Assembly (NCBI GenBank): GCA_034722435.1
Contig: JAYENX010000046.1
Span: 3,169-30,937, forward strand
Reading direction: 5' to 3'
Source of the DNA: Nanobdellota archaeon
GTDB taxonomy: Archaea > Nanobdellota > Nanobdellia > Woesearchaeales > JAHWHD01
DNA length: 27,769 bases
The notes under the pieces were generated by a model, which was given only the letters and a program-made list of their open reading frames with translations, was not told the DNA's origin and searched no databases. Made by a program: the position numbers and the translations under genes. Positions 9,607-18,679 of the stretch are shown in pieces (the first letter of the stretch is position 1; each line of letters starts with the position of its first letter).

Positions 9607-11760
9607 TTATTTAGATACTAACTTAGATTCATTTATTAAATAAAGGCCAGTATTTTCGTTTTCGACAATCGTTTCAGCATCAACAATTTCAATCTTTTTT
9701 TCAAAAAGAGGACAGTCTAAAACTAAGGATTCGAATTCTCCCCCCTCTCCCGCAATATTTATACCCACTTTTTCATTAAGCTTTACCATTTTATCAATAA
9801 AATCTTTGTCAATCTCTTTACCAAGATCATCTTTATTCAGACCGTAAGCTGCTACAGATGAAATTATTACTTTGAAACCTTGCCTAACAAGTTCGCGCAT
9901 TTCAGTTTCCTGGTTAATGTGCCATAAAGGAGAAAATATCTTTAAACCAAGAGAGTCTGCAAGTTTTTCTATTCTATCACGCTGATAAGTAGAGTATAAA
10001 GCGCCAGTAATGATGCCGTCAATATTGTATTCAGCTTTAGCTTGTTTCATTGCTTTTTTAAGATCATCTAATTCTTTTTCCTTTTCACCTTTTGTTTCAA
10101 CAGCCACTAAAGGTATTTGCATTGCTTCAGCTTGTAATTTTACAAGTTTGATGTTAGGCGTATGAAACATGTAAGAAGCAGTATTTTCTGAGTACACGGA
10201 GATTGCGCAAGTAAGTTCGTAATTTTGTTGTTTCATGACATGTGCTGCGAATAAAGAATCTTTACCAGTGGATATTAAAGCGCCAAGTTTTAAATTCTTT
10301 TGTGGATAAAACTTTTTAAGATATTCTGATTTGTATTTATGCGGAGATTGTTTAGTAAGTTTTTGTATAGCTCGCAGAATTTTGCTACCGTATTGTGCTG
10401 CAACTTTTTTTCTATTAGCAAATTCAGGGTCAAGGCCAAGGTTTTTTGCAATATCTCTCAGAATAACTTTAGTTTGGTCATCTTTGATTTTATACTTTGC
10501 AGGAATCTTAAGAGAATAATCTACTAAAGATTTATCAAGGAAAGGTAAACGTATTTCAACGGAGTTAAACATAGAGATAGTGTCGTCCCTATAAGTATCG
10601 CGTTCGTATAATTTAAGAAGGCCTGAAATGCATTCTTTATTTATATCGTAGCTTTTCTTGTGACGGTCGTAACCTGCAAAGATTTCTTCAGAACCTAATC
10701 CTGAAAATATAACTTTGATTTTATCTTTTTTAGCAGACTCCAATGCAAGAAATAAAGTTAAAGCTACAGAAACTTTCGTGACTTTAGTGTCTTCGATCAA
10801 AGGAATGATTGTTTTAAGATATTTTTCAACATCTTTAACAGTGACAGTTTTAATTTTAAGATCTAATCCAAGAGCTTTTGCAATCTTTTTTGAATATTTT
10901 AAATCAGAAGCTTCTTCCATACCGGGTTCAGATAAAGCTGCAGTGTAAAGAGTGGGCTTTAAACCTAGTTGTTTACAAACAAAGGCCAGAAAAGTTGAAT
11001 CTATACCGCCAGAGAAAAGTATTCCAAAAGGTTTATCAGGAATACGTTTTGAGATGGAATTAGTAATAAGTCCGATAAGTTCTTTTTCAATATCTTTTTT
11101 TGATTTTGTGTTTAAAGGAGTTGCACTGAAAAAGTCTCGTTCAATAAAGTTTAATTTATCAGTTACAACATTATAAAGTGCAATCTTCCTAGGAGTTAGT
11201 TCATGAATGTCTAAGATATTGACAGATTCAAGAGCCTTTTTTTCTGACGCGAACGAAAAACCCGAAGTATGAGAGTACCAAATAGGTTTGACACCTATAA
11301 TGTCTCGAACAAGATAAACTTCGTCACCTTTTTTGTAACAAAAAGCGTATACGCCATCTAGCTCGTTTAACAAAGTTTTAAGATTTTTTAACTTATCTTT
11401 ATCGTATGCTTGTTCGAGAAGATAAAAAAGAAGCTCTGCATCGTTCTGTGCGTTTAATTTATATTTCTGGTTAAGTTGTTTCCAATTATAAATCTCGCAA
11501 TTAGCTGAAAAATAAGTATCTCTACCAATAAATGGTTGGAGGATTTTGCTAACAACTGAGTGTAAGCAATGACCGACAGTATGTTTAGCCCTAATATCTT
11601 TTGAACGCTCTCTTAGAGCAACAAGAGTGTCATCAACAATAAGGTCTTCATCAGTAACAATACCGTAACCATCTTTACCTCTATTCTTTAGCACTTCTAA
11701 ACATTTCAAAGTACTATTGATAGAATCCTTGTTCCTGAAAAAACCAACTATACCACACAT
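9607..11760 (-). CDS. Fusion of an AsnB-type glutamine-hydrolysing amidotransferase (N-terminal, about 10297-11760) and diphthine-ammonia ligase Dph6 (C-terminal, about 9607-10296)
   Basis: Ntn Cys2 (MCGIVG), NRGKDGYG, NCEIYN, RDIIGVKP, PP-loop FSGGIDS, SGLGSEEIFAGY, RLPFLD. Then the Dph6 motifs ISTGKDS, SYMFHT, GALYSTYQ, PLW, GEGGEFESLVLDCPLF in one uninterrupted frame. Confidence 0.92.
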   Translation of the reverse strand: MCGIVGFFRNKDSINSTLKCLEVLKNRGKDGYGIVTDEDLIVDDTLVALRERSKDIRAKHTVGHCLHSVVSKILQPFIGRDTYFSANCEIYNWKQLNQKYKLNAQNDAELLFYLLEQAYDKDKLKNLKTLLNELDGVYAFCYKKGDEVYLVRDIIGVKPIWYSHTSGFSFASEKKALESVNILDIHELTPRKIALYNVVTDKLNFIERDFFSATPLNTKSKKDIEKELIGLITNSISKRIPDKPFGILFSGGIDSTFLAFVCKQLGLKPTLYTAALSEPGMEEASDLKYSKKIAKALGLDLKIKTVTVKDVEKYLKTIIPLIEDTKVTKVSVALTLFLALESAKKDKIKVIFSGLGSEEIFAGYDRHKKSYDINKECISGLLKLYERDTYRDDTISMFNSVEIRLPFLDKSLVDYSLKIPAKYKIKDDQTKVILRDIAKNLGLDPEFANRKKVAAQYGSKILRAIQKLTKQSPHKYKSEYLKKFYPQKNLKLGALISTGKDSLFAAHVMKQQNYELTCAISVYSENTASYMFHTPNIKLVKLQAEAMQIPLVAVETKGEKEKELDDLKKAMKQAKAEYNIDGIITGALYSTYQRDRIEKLADSLGLKIFSPLWHINQETEMRELVRQGFKVIISSVAAYGLNKDDLGKEIDKDFIDKMVKLNEKVGINIAGEGGEFESLVLDCPLFEKKIEIVDAETIVENENTGLYLINESKLVSK

Positions 11761-11792
11761 AAGAATGAAAAAAATAAGGGAGTTTATAAAGA

Positions 11793-14090
11793 TTAACCAA
11801 TAAAATTCCTATCCATCTGTTCCTTGATCTCTTTTGCTTTTGCCCTCTTGAATGTATCCCTGAGAGAGTTATATGCTTCGCGAATCTCTTTAGTAACAGA
11901 ATTTTTCACCTTTTCAAGAGCTTGATCAAAATGTACGAGTTTAATTTCTTTAGCTTTCATATCTTCTCTCAGAGCGGCGATTGCAGCTTCTCTACAGACC
12001 CCTTCAATATCTGCCCCGACATATCCTTCGGTTTTATCGGCAAGCTTTTTTATATTGACATTTGCAGCAAGAGGCATTTTCTTAGTGTGTACTTCAAATA
12101 TTTTCTCTCGAGTTTTTTCATCAGGTACGCCTGCATGAATAATCCTATCAAATCTGCCTGGACGAAGTAAACCCGTATCGACCATATCGGGACGGTTAGA
12201 AGCAGCAATAACAACAACATCGTGAAGTTCTTCAAGACCGTCCATCTCTGTTAGAAGTTGATTAACAACCCGTTCAGTAACATTAGAATCATGGCTCATA
12301 CCCCGTTTAGGAGCAATGGAATCAATCTCGTCAAAAAATATTATTGTTGGAGAAGTCTGTCGTGCTTTCTTAAAAACTTCTCTTATTGCTTTCTCAGATT
12401 CGCCAACCCATTTACTGAGCATCTCAGGACCTTTCACGAGTATAAAGTTTGCATCAGATTCATTTGCCACGGCTTTTGCAAGTAATGTCTTGCCTGTACC
12501 AGGAGCTCCGTAAAGAAGAATACCGCGCGGAGGTCTGATTCCAAGTTTAGTAAAAGAATCGGGATGGTTAAGAGGCCATTCTACGGCCTCTTTAAGTTCT
12601 TGTTTAACAGTGTCAAGACCTCCAATATCATCCCATTTTATATTAGGAATTTCAACAAAAACCTCTCTCATTGCCGAAGGTCTAACAATCTTTAAAGCAT
12701 TTGTAAAATCTTTCTGCGTAAGGATAAGTTTTTCAAGAACCTCGTTAGGGATTGAAGTTTCTTCAGAAAACTTTAAGTCAGGAAGAATTCTTCTAAGAAC
12801 GATCATAGCAGCTTCCTTACATAATGCAGACAAGTCAGCACCTACAAACCCGTAAGTGATATTTGCAAGTTCTTTTAAATTTACATTTTTAGCAAGCGGC
12901 ATGTTTCGAGTGTGAATTTTTAATATATTGAGTCTACCCACTTTATCAGGAACGCCGATCTCAATCTCTCTATCAAATCTACCAGGTCTCCTTAAAGCAG
13001 GGTCAAGGGAGTTAGGAATATTGGTCGCCGCAATAACTACGACTTTACCTCGAGATTTAAGACCGTCCATGATAGCGAGAAGTTGTGCGACAACTCTTCT
13101 TTCGACTTCACCTTTCATCTCTTCACGTTTAGGAGCGATAGCATCTATTTCGTCAATAAAAATAATTGAAGGAGCATTTTGTTCAGCCTCTTCAAATTTT
13201 TTCCGAAGATTTTCTTCTGATTGACCATAGTATTTAGACATAATCTCCGGACCATTAATTACAAGAAAGTGCGAATTTGTTTCATTAGCAACTGCTTTTG
13301 CAAGTAAAGTTTTACCAGTACCGGGAGGACCGTGTAATAAAACGCCTTTAGGTGGTTCAATACCTAACCTTTCAAAAAGTTCAGGATGTTTTAAAGGAAG
13401 TTCAACCATCTCACGAATTTTTTTAATCTCCTCATTAAGACCGCCAACATCTTCGTAAGTAACATCAGGCACTACCTCATCTTTAAGTTCAACAGTTTTG
13501 GAACTTACAATAATTTCAGTTAAATCGGTTATGATTACAGGTTGTTTAGGGTTTGTGTCTGCGACAATAAATTTTAGGTCAGAAAAACCTGCAAAACCCG
13601 AGGAAGATAATTCGTTAACAAATTGGTTAAACATGTCATCAAATGGTGAACCGGATAAAGATGTTTTCCTTGTTCGAGCGCCACCTAAACTTACTATATC
13701 ACCCTTTACGATTGCTCGCCCTAGAAGTCCACGTTTAAAAGTTTCAGGAGAACCCCTAACAATAACACCTTTAGTTGCAGGTGCAATAGTTATTTTTTTT
13801 GCTTCTTTGACTTCAACCTTTTTTGCTTTGACAATTTCACCAATTCCAGTCAAAGCATTTCGTCTAATAATACCATCCATACGAATTATATTAAGACCAA
13901 GATCTCCAGGATATGCGCGATCAGCAATTGCTACAGTTTTTCTGTCGCCTTCAAGTTCAACAATATCACCCGGCTTTATACTCATCTTACGCATATAATC
14001 AACGTCAATTCTAACAATACCTTTATTCACATCATCTTGTACTGCTTCTGCAACTTTTAAACTGATATCTTTAGTTGTTTTATTTTCCAT
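11793..14090 (-). CDS. cdc48: Cdc48/VCP/VAT AAA+ ATPase
   Basis: N domain ([10 protein letters not shown]), D1 [25 protein letters not shown]2 [22 protein letters not shown]. Confidence 0.97.
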   Translation of the reverse strand: MENKTTKDISLKVAEAVQDDVNKGIVRIDVDYMRKMSIKPGDIVELEGDRKTVAIADRAYPGDLGLNIIRMDGIIRRNALTGIGEIVKAKKVEVKEAKKITIAPATKGVIVRGSPETFKRGLLGRAIVKGDIVSLGGARTRKTSLSGSPFDDMFNQFVNELSSSGFAGFSDLKFIVADTNPKQPVIITDLTEIIVSSKTVELKDEVVPDVTYEDVGGLNEEIKKIREMVELPLKHPELFERLGIEPPKGVLLHGPPGTGKTLLAKAVANETNSHFLVINGPEIMSKYYGQSEENLRKKFEEAEQNAPSIIFIDEIDAIAPKREEMKGEVERRVVAQLLAIMDGLKSRGKVVVIAATNIPNSLDPALRRPGRFDREIEIGVPDKVGRLNILKIHTRNMPLAKNVNLKELANITYGFVGADLSALCKEAAMIVLRRILPDLKFSEETSIPNEVLEKLILTQKDFTNALKIVRPSAMREVFVEIPNIKWDDIGGLDTVKQELKEAVEWPLNHPDSFTKLGIRPPRGILLYGAPGTGKTLLAKAVANESDANFILVKGPEMLSKWVGESEKAIREVFKKARQTSPTIIFFDEIDSIAPKRGMSHDSNVTERVVNQLLTEMDGLEELHDVVVIAASNRPDMVDTGLLRPGRFDRIIHAGVPDEKTREKIFEVHTKKMPLAANVNIKKLADKTEGYVGADIEGVCREAAIAALREDMKAKEIKLVHFDQALEKVKNSVTKEIREAYNSLRDTFKRAKAKEIKEQMDRNFIG

Positions 14091-14200
14091 TTTTATTCCA
14101 TTTTAATGATTATTATATGATAAATTGTGTGGTAAGAACTGATATATAAATGGCAAGGATTATTTATAAATGACGTGTAGAAAAAAGTAAGCAACTATTT

Positions 14201-14256
14201 CATATTAGTTTATATTAGTTTATATTAATTGTTAGAAAATATTAGTTGTTAGAAAA
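14201..14256. repeat. Short tandem repeats: 3 x 10-mer (TATATTAGTT-like) and 2 x 17-mer (TATTA(A/G)TTGTTAGAAAA)
   Basis: CATATTAGTT, TATATTAGTT, TATATTAATT at 14201-14230; 17-mers at 14223-14239 and 14240-14256 with one mismatch. Confidence 0.8.
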
Positions 14257-14257
14257 G

Positions 14258-14830
14258 TTATCTTTCCCTTACCTTAACTTTGTCTCCTTCAAGATGTATA
14301 ATATTTGAAGGGGTACCTTTCTTTTCTCCTTCAAAAAGACAGAATGTCATACCTTTCTGAAGATTTACATCTAGATTATCCAGGTCAGTCATAAATTCTT
14401 GACCAGTAATATTTGCAGAAGTTGTAATGATGGGGTTTCCATAAACTGATACAAACTCAGTTATCCAATGTTTAGGCATCCTTACACCAATAGCATCTAA
14501 ACCAGGAATAACGTTCTTTGCAACAGCATTTTTATTCTTCAATTTCAAAATAAGCGTTACAGGACCTGGAAGTTCTTCAATATATTTTATAGCTTCATCA
14601 GTAACTTCACAATTCTCAATAATCCATTTTTTTGAAGGTACGATGATAGAAAGTGGCATTTTAGGACGATTTTTTAGCTTTCGAACATGGTCAACAGCAT
14701 CTTGTTTTGTAGCGTCACAACCAATACCATAGATAGTGTCAGTAGGATAAATGAATAAAGCACCTTCATCAATAATCTTCATTAGATGCGGTGCTCGCAT
14801 CTGTGCTTCATCAACATTAATGACTTCCAT
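14258..14830 (-). CDS. tsaC: Threonylcarbamoyl-AMP synthase, single-domain YrdC/TsaC type
   Basis: IYPTDTIYGIGC, KNRP..PLS, PGPVTLIL, IGVRMP, PIITTSANITG; no SUA5 C-terminal domain. Confidence 0.9.
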   Translation of the reverse strand: MEVINVDEAQMRAPHLMKIIDEGALFIYPTDTIYGIGCDATKQDAVDHVRKLKNRPKMPLSIIVPSKKWIIENCEVTDEAIKYIEELPGPVTLILKLKNKNAVAKNVIPGLDAIGVRMPKHWITEFVSVYGNPIITTSANITGQEFMTDLDNLDVNLQKGMTFCLFEGEKKGTPSNIIHLEGDKVKVRER

Positions 14831-14903
14831 ATTTTCGGATTAAAAATTTTGAATTTATAAAGGTTATGGTCGTGAGATATATTATGTATATACTTGAACA
14901 CAT

Positions 14904-14918
14904 AAAAGAATTTAAAAT
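14904..14918 (+). promoter_or_regulatory. BRE/TATA-like promoter of the acyltransferase gene (probably leaderless)
   Basis: AAAAGAA followed by TTTAAAAT (14911-14918), 24-31 nt upstream of ATG 14942, with no RBS. Confidence 0.45.
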
Positions 14919-14941
14919 AAAGTGCCAATGTAGATAGATAT

Positions 14942-16150
14942 ATGGTACATATTGATGAAACAAACTTGCTTGCACGATTGAATGATGATTTTAAAGAGGC
15001 AGTTATTGAAAAAGCTCTTAAAAAGTGGGGAAGACGAGCGGGAGACCCCGAAGAAGTAAAAAGAATTATTGAAGGATTTCATATATCTTATGATGCACAA
15101 GTACATACTATGATGTCTGCTACATGGGATAAAGCGTTCCCATTTGTTCTTGGAAAAACAGTAGATGTAACAACTTCTGAGGCAGATGATAAACTTAAAA
15201 AGTTAAGAGGAAAAAAGCCAGTTATTTTTGTTCCAGATCATAGATCTAACTTCGATGCTCCAGTTGTGAATTATTTTCTTAATAAAAAAAATTTATTACC
15301 AGTCAATATTGCAGGCGCCAATTTAAGAGGAGATAAAGCAGACGTATTAGGAAAAGTAAATGTTTTCTTTTATGAAAGACGATTAGAGGGATTACCTAGA
15401 ATATATCCAGTCCTTATGAACATGTATTTAGAAGCTGTTCTTGACAGTAAAAATAATATGTTAATGTTTATAGAAGGGGGAAGGTCTTATACAGGAGTTT
15501 TAAATCAAAAACTTGTTGAAGCTGACGTTAACAGTAGAAAAGGTGTAGGATCTTTAGTAAAACATTTACATTCTGACGATGTACACATCGCACCTTTATC
15601 AATAAACTACGTATGGGTCGGAGAAGATCAAGAGCTAATGAAGTTTTTTAAAGAAGGGGAAGCAATGCCGAAAGTAGATCTTATAGAAAATTGTCTTCAA
15701 CTCCAAAAAAGGTTAGCAGTATATGAAGATTTTAAAGTTTACATGAGAATAGGGACACCTCAACCGTTATCAGAGTACATCCAAAGATCTGAAAAAGCAG
15801 ATGTTAATCGAGGAACTGATGCGTTACAACTTGAACTTGTTAAATCAATTGCAAAAGAGCGAGTTCATTTCTCGCACCAAATTTTATCTAAGGCCGTATT
15901 AGAATCAGGGAGAGTAGGATTGGATGAAACAGTATATGCTGTTGCAACAGATCTCCAAGAAAGAGAGTTTATACTTCGAAACGACGAGTTTTATGACAGT
16001 GAAGGAAATATCGAAGTAGGAAAAGTTTTAAAAGTTGGGAAAAAAAGACTTACCTCCAGAGGAATAATTACTGACGATTTTGATATCCGAGATAGAAGTT
16101 TAATACAGTTCTATGCTAATCAATGCATGTATAATGAAAATAATTCTTAA
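14942..16150 (+). CDS. PlsB/GPAT-DHAPAT family glycerolipid acyltransferase
   Basis: Motif I FVPDHRSNFD (H100-x4-D105), NIAGANL, motif II VFFYERR, motif III FIEGGRSYTG, motif IV APLSINY. The AG.NL and FIEGGRS.TG signatures fit the GPAT/DHAPAT branch better than short PlsC. Confidence 0.85.
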   Translation: MVHIDETNLLARLNDDFKEAVIEKALKKWGRRAGDPEEVKRIIEGFHISYDAQVHTMMSATWDKAFPFVLGKTVDVTTSEADDKLKKLRGKKPVIFVPDHRSNFDAPVVNYFLNKKNLLPVNIAGANLRGDKADVLGKVNVFFYERRLEGLPRIYPVLMNMYLEAVLDSKNNMLMFIEGGRSYTGVLNQKLVEADVNSRKGVGSLVKHLHSDDVHIAPLSINYVWVGEDQELMKFFKEGEAMPKVDLIENCLQLQKRLAVYEDFKVYMRIGTPQPLSEYIQRSEKADVNRGTDALQLELVKSIAKERVHFSHQILSKAVLESGRVGLDETVYAVATDLQEREFILRNDEFYDSEGNIEVGKVLKVGKKRLTSRGIITDDFDIRDRSLIQFYANQCMYNENNS

Positions 16151-16161
16151 GAATTAAAAAA

Positions 16162-17091
16162 TTATATTGTTTGTTTAATTTCTTTAATATCTTTACCTTC
16201 GTAAAGTATTTGGTAAAGAAGTGTGAAGATAGGAGCTTCCATTTGTTCTTTTATCAAGTTATAAATAATCTTTATTTGTTCAGAACCTTCAGGTTTTTGT
16301 GGTTTAAATAGTTCATAGATTTCGTCTAAAGAGTTACCTTCCGCAAGCATCAAACCAACTTTCTGATTTCGTCCGGATAAACAAGTAGTCATTAAATCAC
16401 CTATACCAGCCACGCTTTGAAAGGTTGTCTCTTGAGCATTAAATAAAATACCTACCTCTTGCATCTCTCTTAAAGCATTCGTAATAAACGCAGATTTAGG
16501 ATTTGAAGTATTAGGATAAAGACCGTCTAATATTCCTACGCCAATTGCCACCGGATTTTTTAAAATACCGCACCATTGAACTCCGTACATGTCAGTAGAA
16601 AGATGGACTGTAAAATTATCTGAAGACATAACATTTTTAACCTCGTCATTCAATTCTGATTCAGAAGCTACAACTGCCGCGCTAGGTTTCTGGTTATAAA
16701 TTTCTTTAGCAATGTTTGGACCTGAAAGAACTGCAATATTGTCTTTTGATATGTTGTATTTCTTTTCTAAAATTTCAAAAGAAAGATGGTAAGAATCTTC
16801 AAAATGAACCAACCCTTTTGTTAAAATTACAAACTTCTTATCTTTTAATTCTTCAAAATTTAACTGGTCAAGAGTTGCAATGAAAAATTGAGAATTTAAA
16901 ACAATAAAAATGTATTCAGAATCTTTGACTGATTCAACAATGTCATCAGTAACTTTAATCCCTTCAATAGGAACTATATCTTTATCAAGAATATTTTGGT
17001 AAGCCCAAAGTTTTACATCGTGATTGTTTCTCTTTAAAAGAGATGCAACTGCTGTTCCCCAGGGGCCTGCCCCTATTACTGATGTTTTCAT
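16162..17091 (-). CDS. gpsA: NAD(P)H-dependent sn-glycerol-3-phosphate dehydrogenase
   Basis: Rossmann VIGAGPWGTAVA, LTKG, LSGPNIAKE, GILKNPVAIGVG (catalytic Lys), GIGDLMTTC, GRN..VG. Confidence 0.92.
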   Translation of the reverse strand: MKTSVIGAGPWGTAVASLLKRNNHDVKLWAYQNILDKDIVPIEGIKVTDDIVESVKDSEYIFIVLNSQFFIATLDQLNFEELKDKKFVILTKGLVHFEDSYHLSFEILEKKYNISKDNIAVLSGPNIAKEIYNQKPSAAVVASESELNDEVKNVMSSDNFTVHLSTDMYGVQWCGILKNPVAIGVGILDGLYPNTSNPKSAFITNALREMQEVGILFNAQETTFQSVAGIGDLMTTCLSGRNQKVGLMLAEGNSLDEIYELFKPQKPEGSEQIKIIYNLIKEQMEAPIFTLLYQILYEGKDIKEIKQTI

Positions 17092-18608
17092 GGTTCGTAT
17101 TTTTTGATAACTAAGCTACAATTCTGACCGCCAAAACCTGCTGCATTAACTTGAACAACGCGAGCATCAATAGAGTTATCGCCGTCATAAGTACAAATAT
17201 TAAGGTCATTAATATTCTTATCTATTTCGTCTTTTGTACTTGGAACTAGACAAACAGTACCGTCGTTGATAGCTTTAAGTGCTGTAACGATACCTGCCGG
17301 ACCTGATGCGCCAATCATGTGACCATAATCGCCTTTATTTGATGTGACGCGGACATCTGTGCCGTAAAGGTTTCTGATAGCTACTGCTTCAGCAGGGTCT
17401 CCCAAGGGTGTTGATGTGCCGTGTGCAACCACTAAATCAACATCAGGGATGAGAATTTTAGAACGATATAAAGAATCTCTCATAGCAAGATATAATCCAT
17501 TACCATCAGGGTGAGGTGCTGTTGGATGCGGATAACAATCTTGGGATGCTGCACCACCAGCAACTTCTGCGAGTATAGGTAATTCTTTTTCCTTTGCATA
17601 TTTTAAAGTTGTAAAAAGCATAGTTATAGAACCTTCTGCAAGAACAAAACCGTCTCGTTCTGCAGCAAAAGGTATTGAAGCTTTATCTGGTTTTCTAGTT
17701 GATAATGCAGGCATTTTTGCAAAACCTGCAAGAGAGTTCATTGTCAAAGCAGTTTCTATGCCGCCAGAAAGTGCCCAATCAAGTTCTTCGTAACCTGAAC
17801 GGAGATTAAGAAAAGTTTCATATGAGGCATGTAAACCTGATGCACAGGCAGTAGATAACACATAAGTTTTTCCTCTGATACCTGTAAGACAATTTATTGC
17901 CATTACTGCGCCAACGATTGAGTTTGGAATAAAAGTAGGCTTAGGAGGCATTGCTCTTGAAATTCGGAAAGTATTTTCTTGATATGTTTGTACACCGCCA
18001 ATTCCTGATCCAAGTATAATTGCTGCATTACTACCTTCAGAATTAACTGTAAGATCAAAGCCCGAATCAGTTAGTCCTTTAACAAGTTGAGCAGCTGAAA
18101 GATATCCCATTTTTTGATACCTTTCAAGTTTTCTTAATAACTGAGAAATTGGCCTAGTTGCATCGTTTAACCATTTGCCATCTGTAGTTTGGTGTTTGAA
18201 AGGTATCTCTTTACCAGCAAGTTCATTTACCATCGTTGTTAAATCTTTATCAGATAAAGGTACAAGATTACCTCTTTCACCTTGCTGTACCTGACCACAA
18301 GCTTTAACATTAGGAATTTGTCTGAGAAATTTTTCTCGTCTTTCTCTAATAACACCGTCATATCTTTTCATAATGATGTCCTTAATATTATCAGAAATGT
18401 CAAGTTCGGCCAAAATCTTTTTATCTAACTTTTTTTCGAGAGGGATTTGGTCAAAAAAACCGTCAGGAAGTGCACGTATCCCGCAAGCATTAAAGTCAAG
18501 ATTAGATTCAATCTGTTTTCTTCCAACACCTAAAGGGGTTGCTCCATCCCAAGCCACTATAACAACACGATTTGCGCCGTTCTCTGTAAGAAATTCATTA
18601 TTTGACAT
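17088..18608 (-). CDS. fabF: Beta-ketoacyl synthase (FabF/KAS II-like) with N-terminal insertions
   Basis: RVVI..ATPLG, GSGIGG, STACASGLH (Cys255), PF..ERDGFVLAEG, AHGTSTPLGD (His396), SNK..GHMIGASG (Lys425, His430), GFGGQN. GGGTGG RBS upstream; ATGA overlap with gpsA. Confidence 0.88.
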   Translation of the reverse strand: MSNNEFLTENGANRVVIVAWDGATPLGVGRKQIESNLDFNACGIRALPDGFFDQIPLEKKLDKKILAELDISDNIKDIIMKRYDGVIRERREKFLRQIPNVKACGQVQQGERGNLVPLSDKDLTTMVNELAGKEIPFKHQTTDGKWLNDATRPISQLLRKLERYQKMGYLSAAQLVKGLTDSGFDLTVNSEGSNAAIILGSGIGGVQTYQENTFRISRAMPPKPTFIPNSIVGAVMAINCLTGIRGKTYVLSTACASGLHASYETFLNLRSGYEELDWALSGGIETALTMNSLAGFAKMPALSTRKPDKASIPFAAERDGFVLAEGSITMLFTTLKYAKEKELPILAEVAGGAASQDCYPHPTAPHPDGNGLYLAMRDSLYRSKILIPDVDLVVAHGTSTPLGDPAEAVAIRNLYGTDVRVTSNKGDYGHMIGASGPAGIVTALKAINDGTVCLVPSTKDEIDKNINDLNICTYDGDNSIDARVVQVNAAGFGGQNCSLVIKKYEP

Positions 18609-18679
18609 AAATAACCACCCTTGTTAATTTATAAATATTTAAGTGTTTAAACAAGGACATTATTTATATTGATTTCTAT

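Noticed and set aside
13498-13998. 166-aa plus-strand ORF and the other short ORFs antisense to or nested in long genes (e.g. 844-1050, 1736-2092, 8845-9159, 10331-11176, 12258-13224, 22629-22943)
   Set aside because: All lie within well-supported conserved genes, show no motifs or RBS, and look like shadow frames.
14201-14256. Possible CRISPR array
   Set aside because: Units are 10-17 bp, directly adjacent, with no unique spacers and no cas genes nearby.
18619-18656. Inverted repeat CCTTGTT/AACAAGG overlapping the fabF RBS
   Set aside because: Only 7 bp with a 24-nt AT-rich spacer; too weak to call an operator or translational switch without conservation data.
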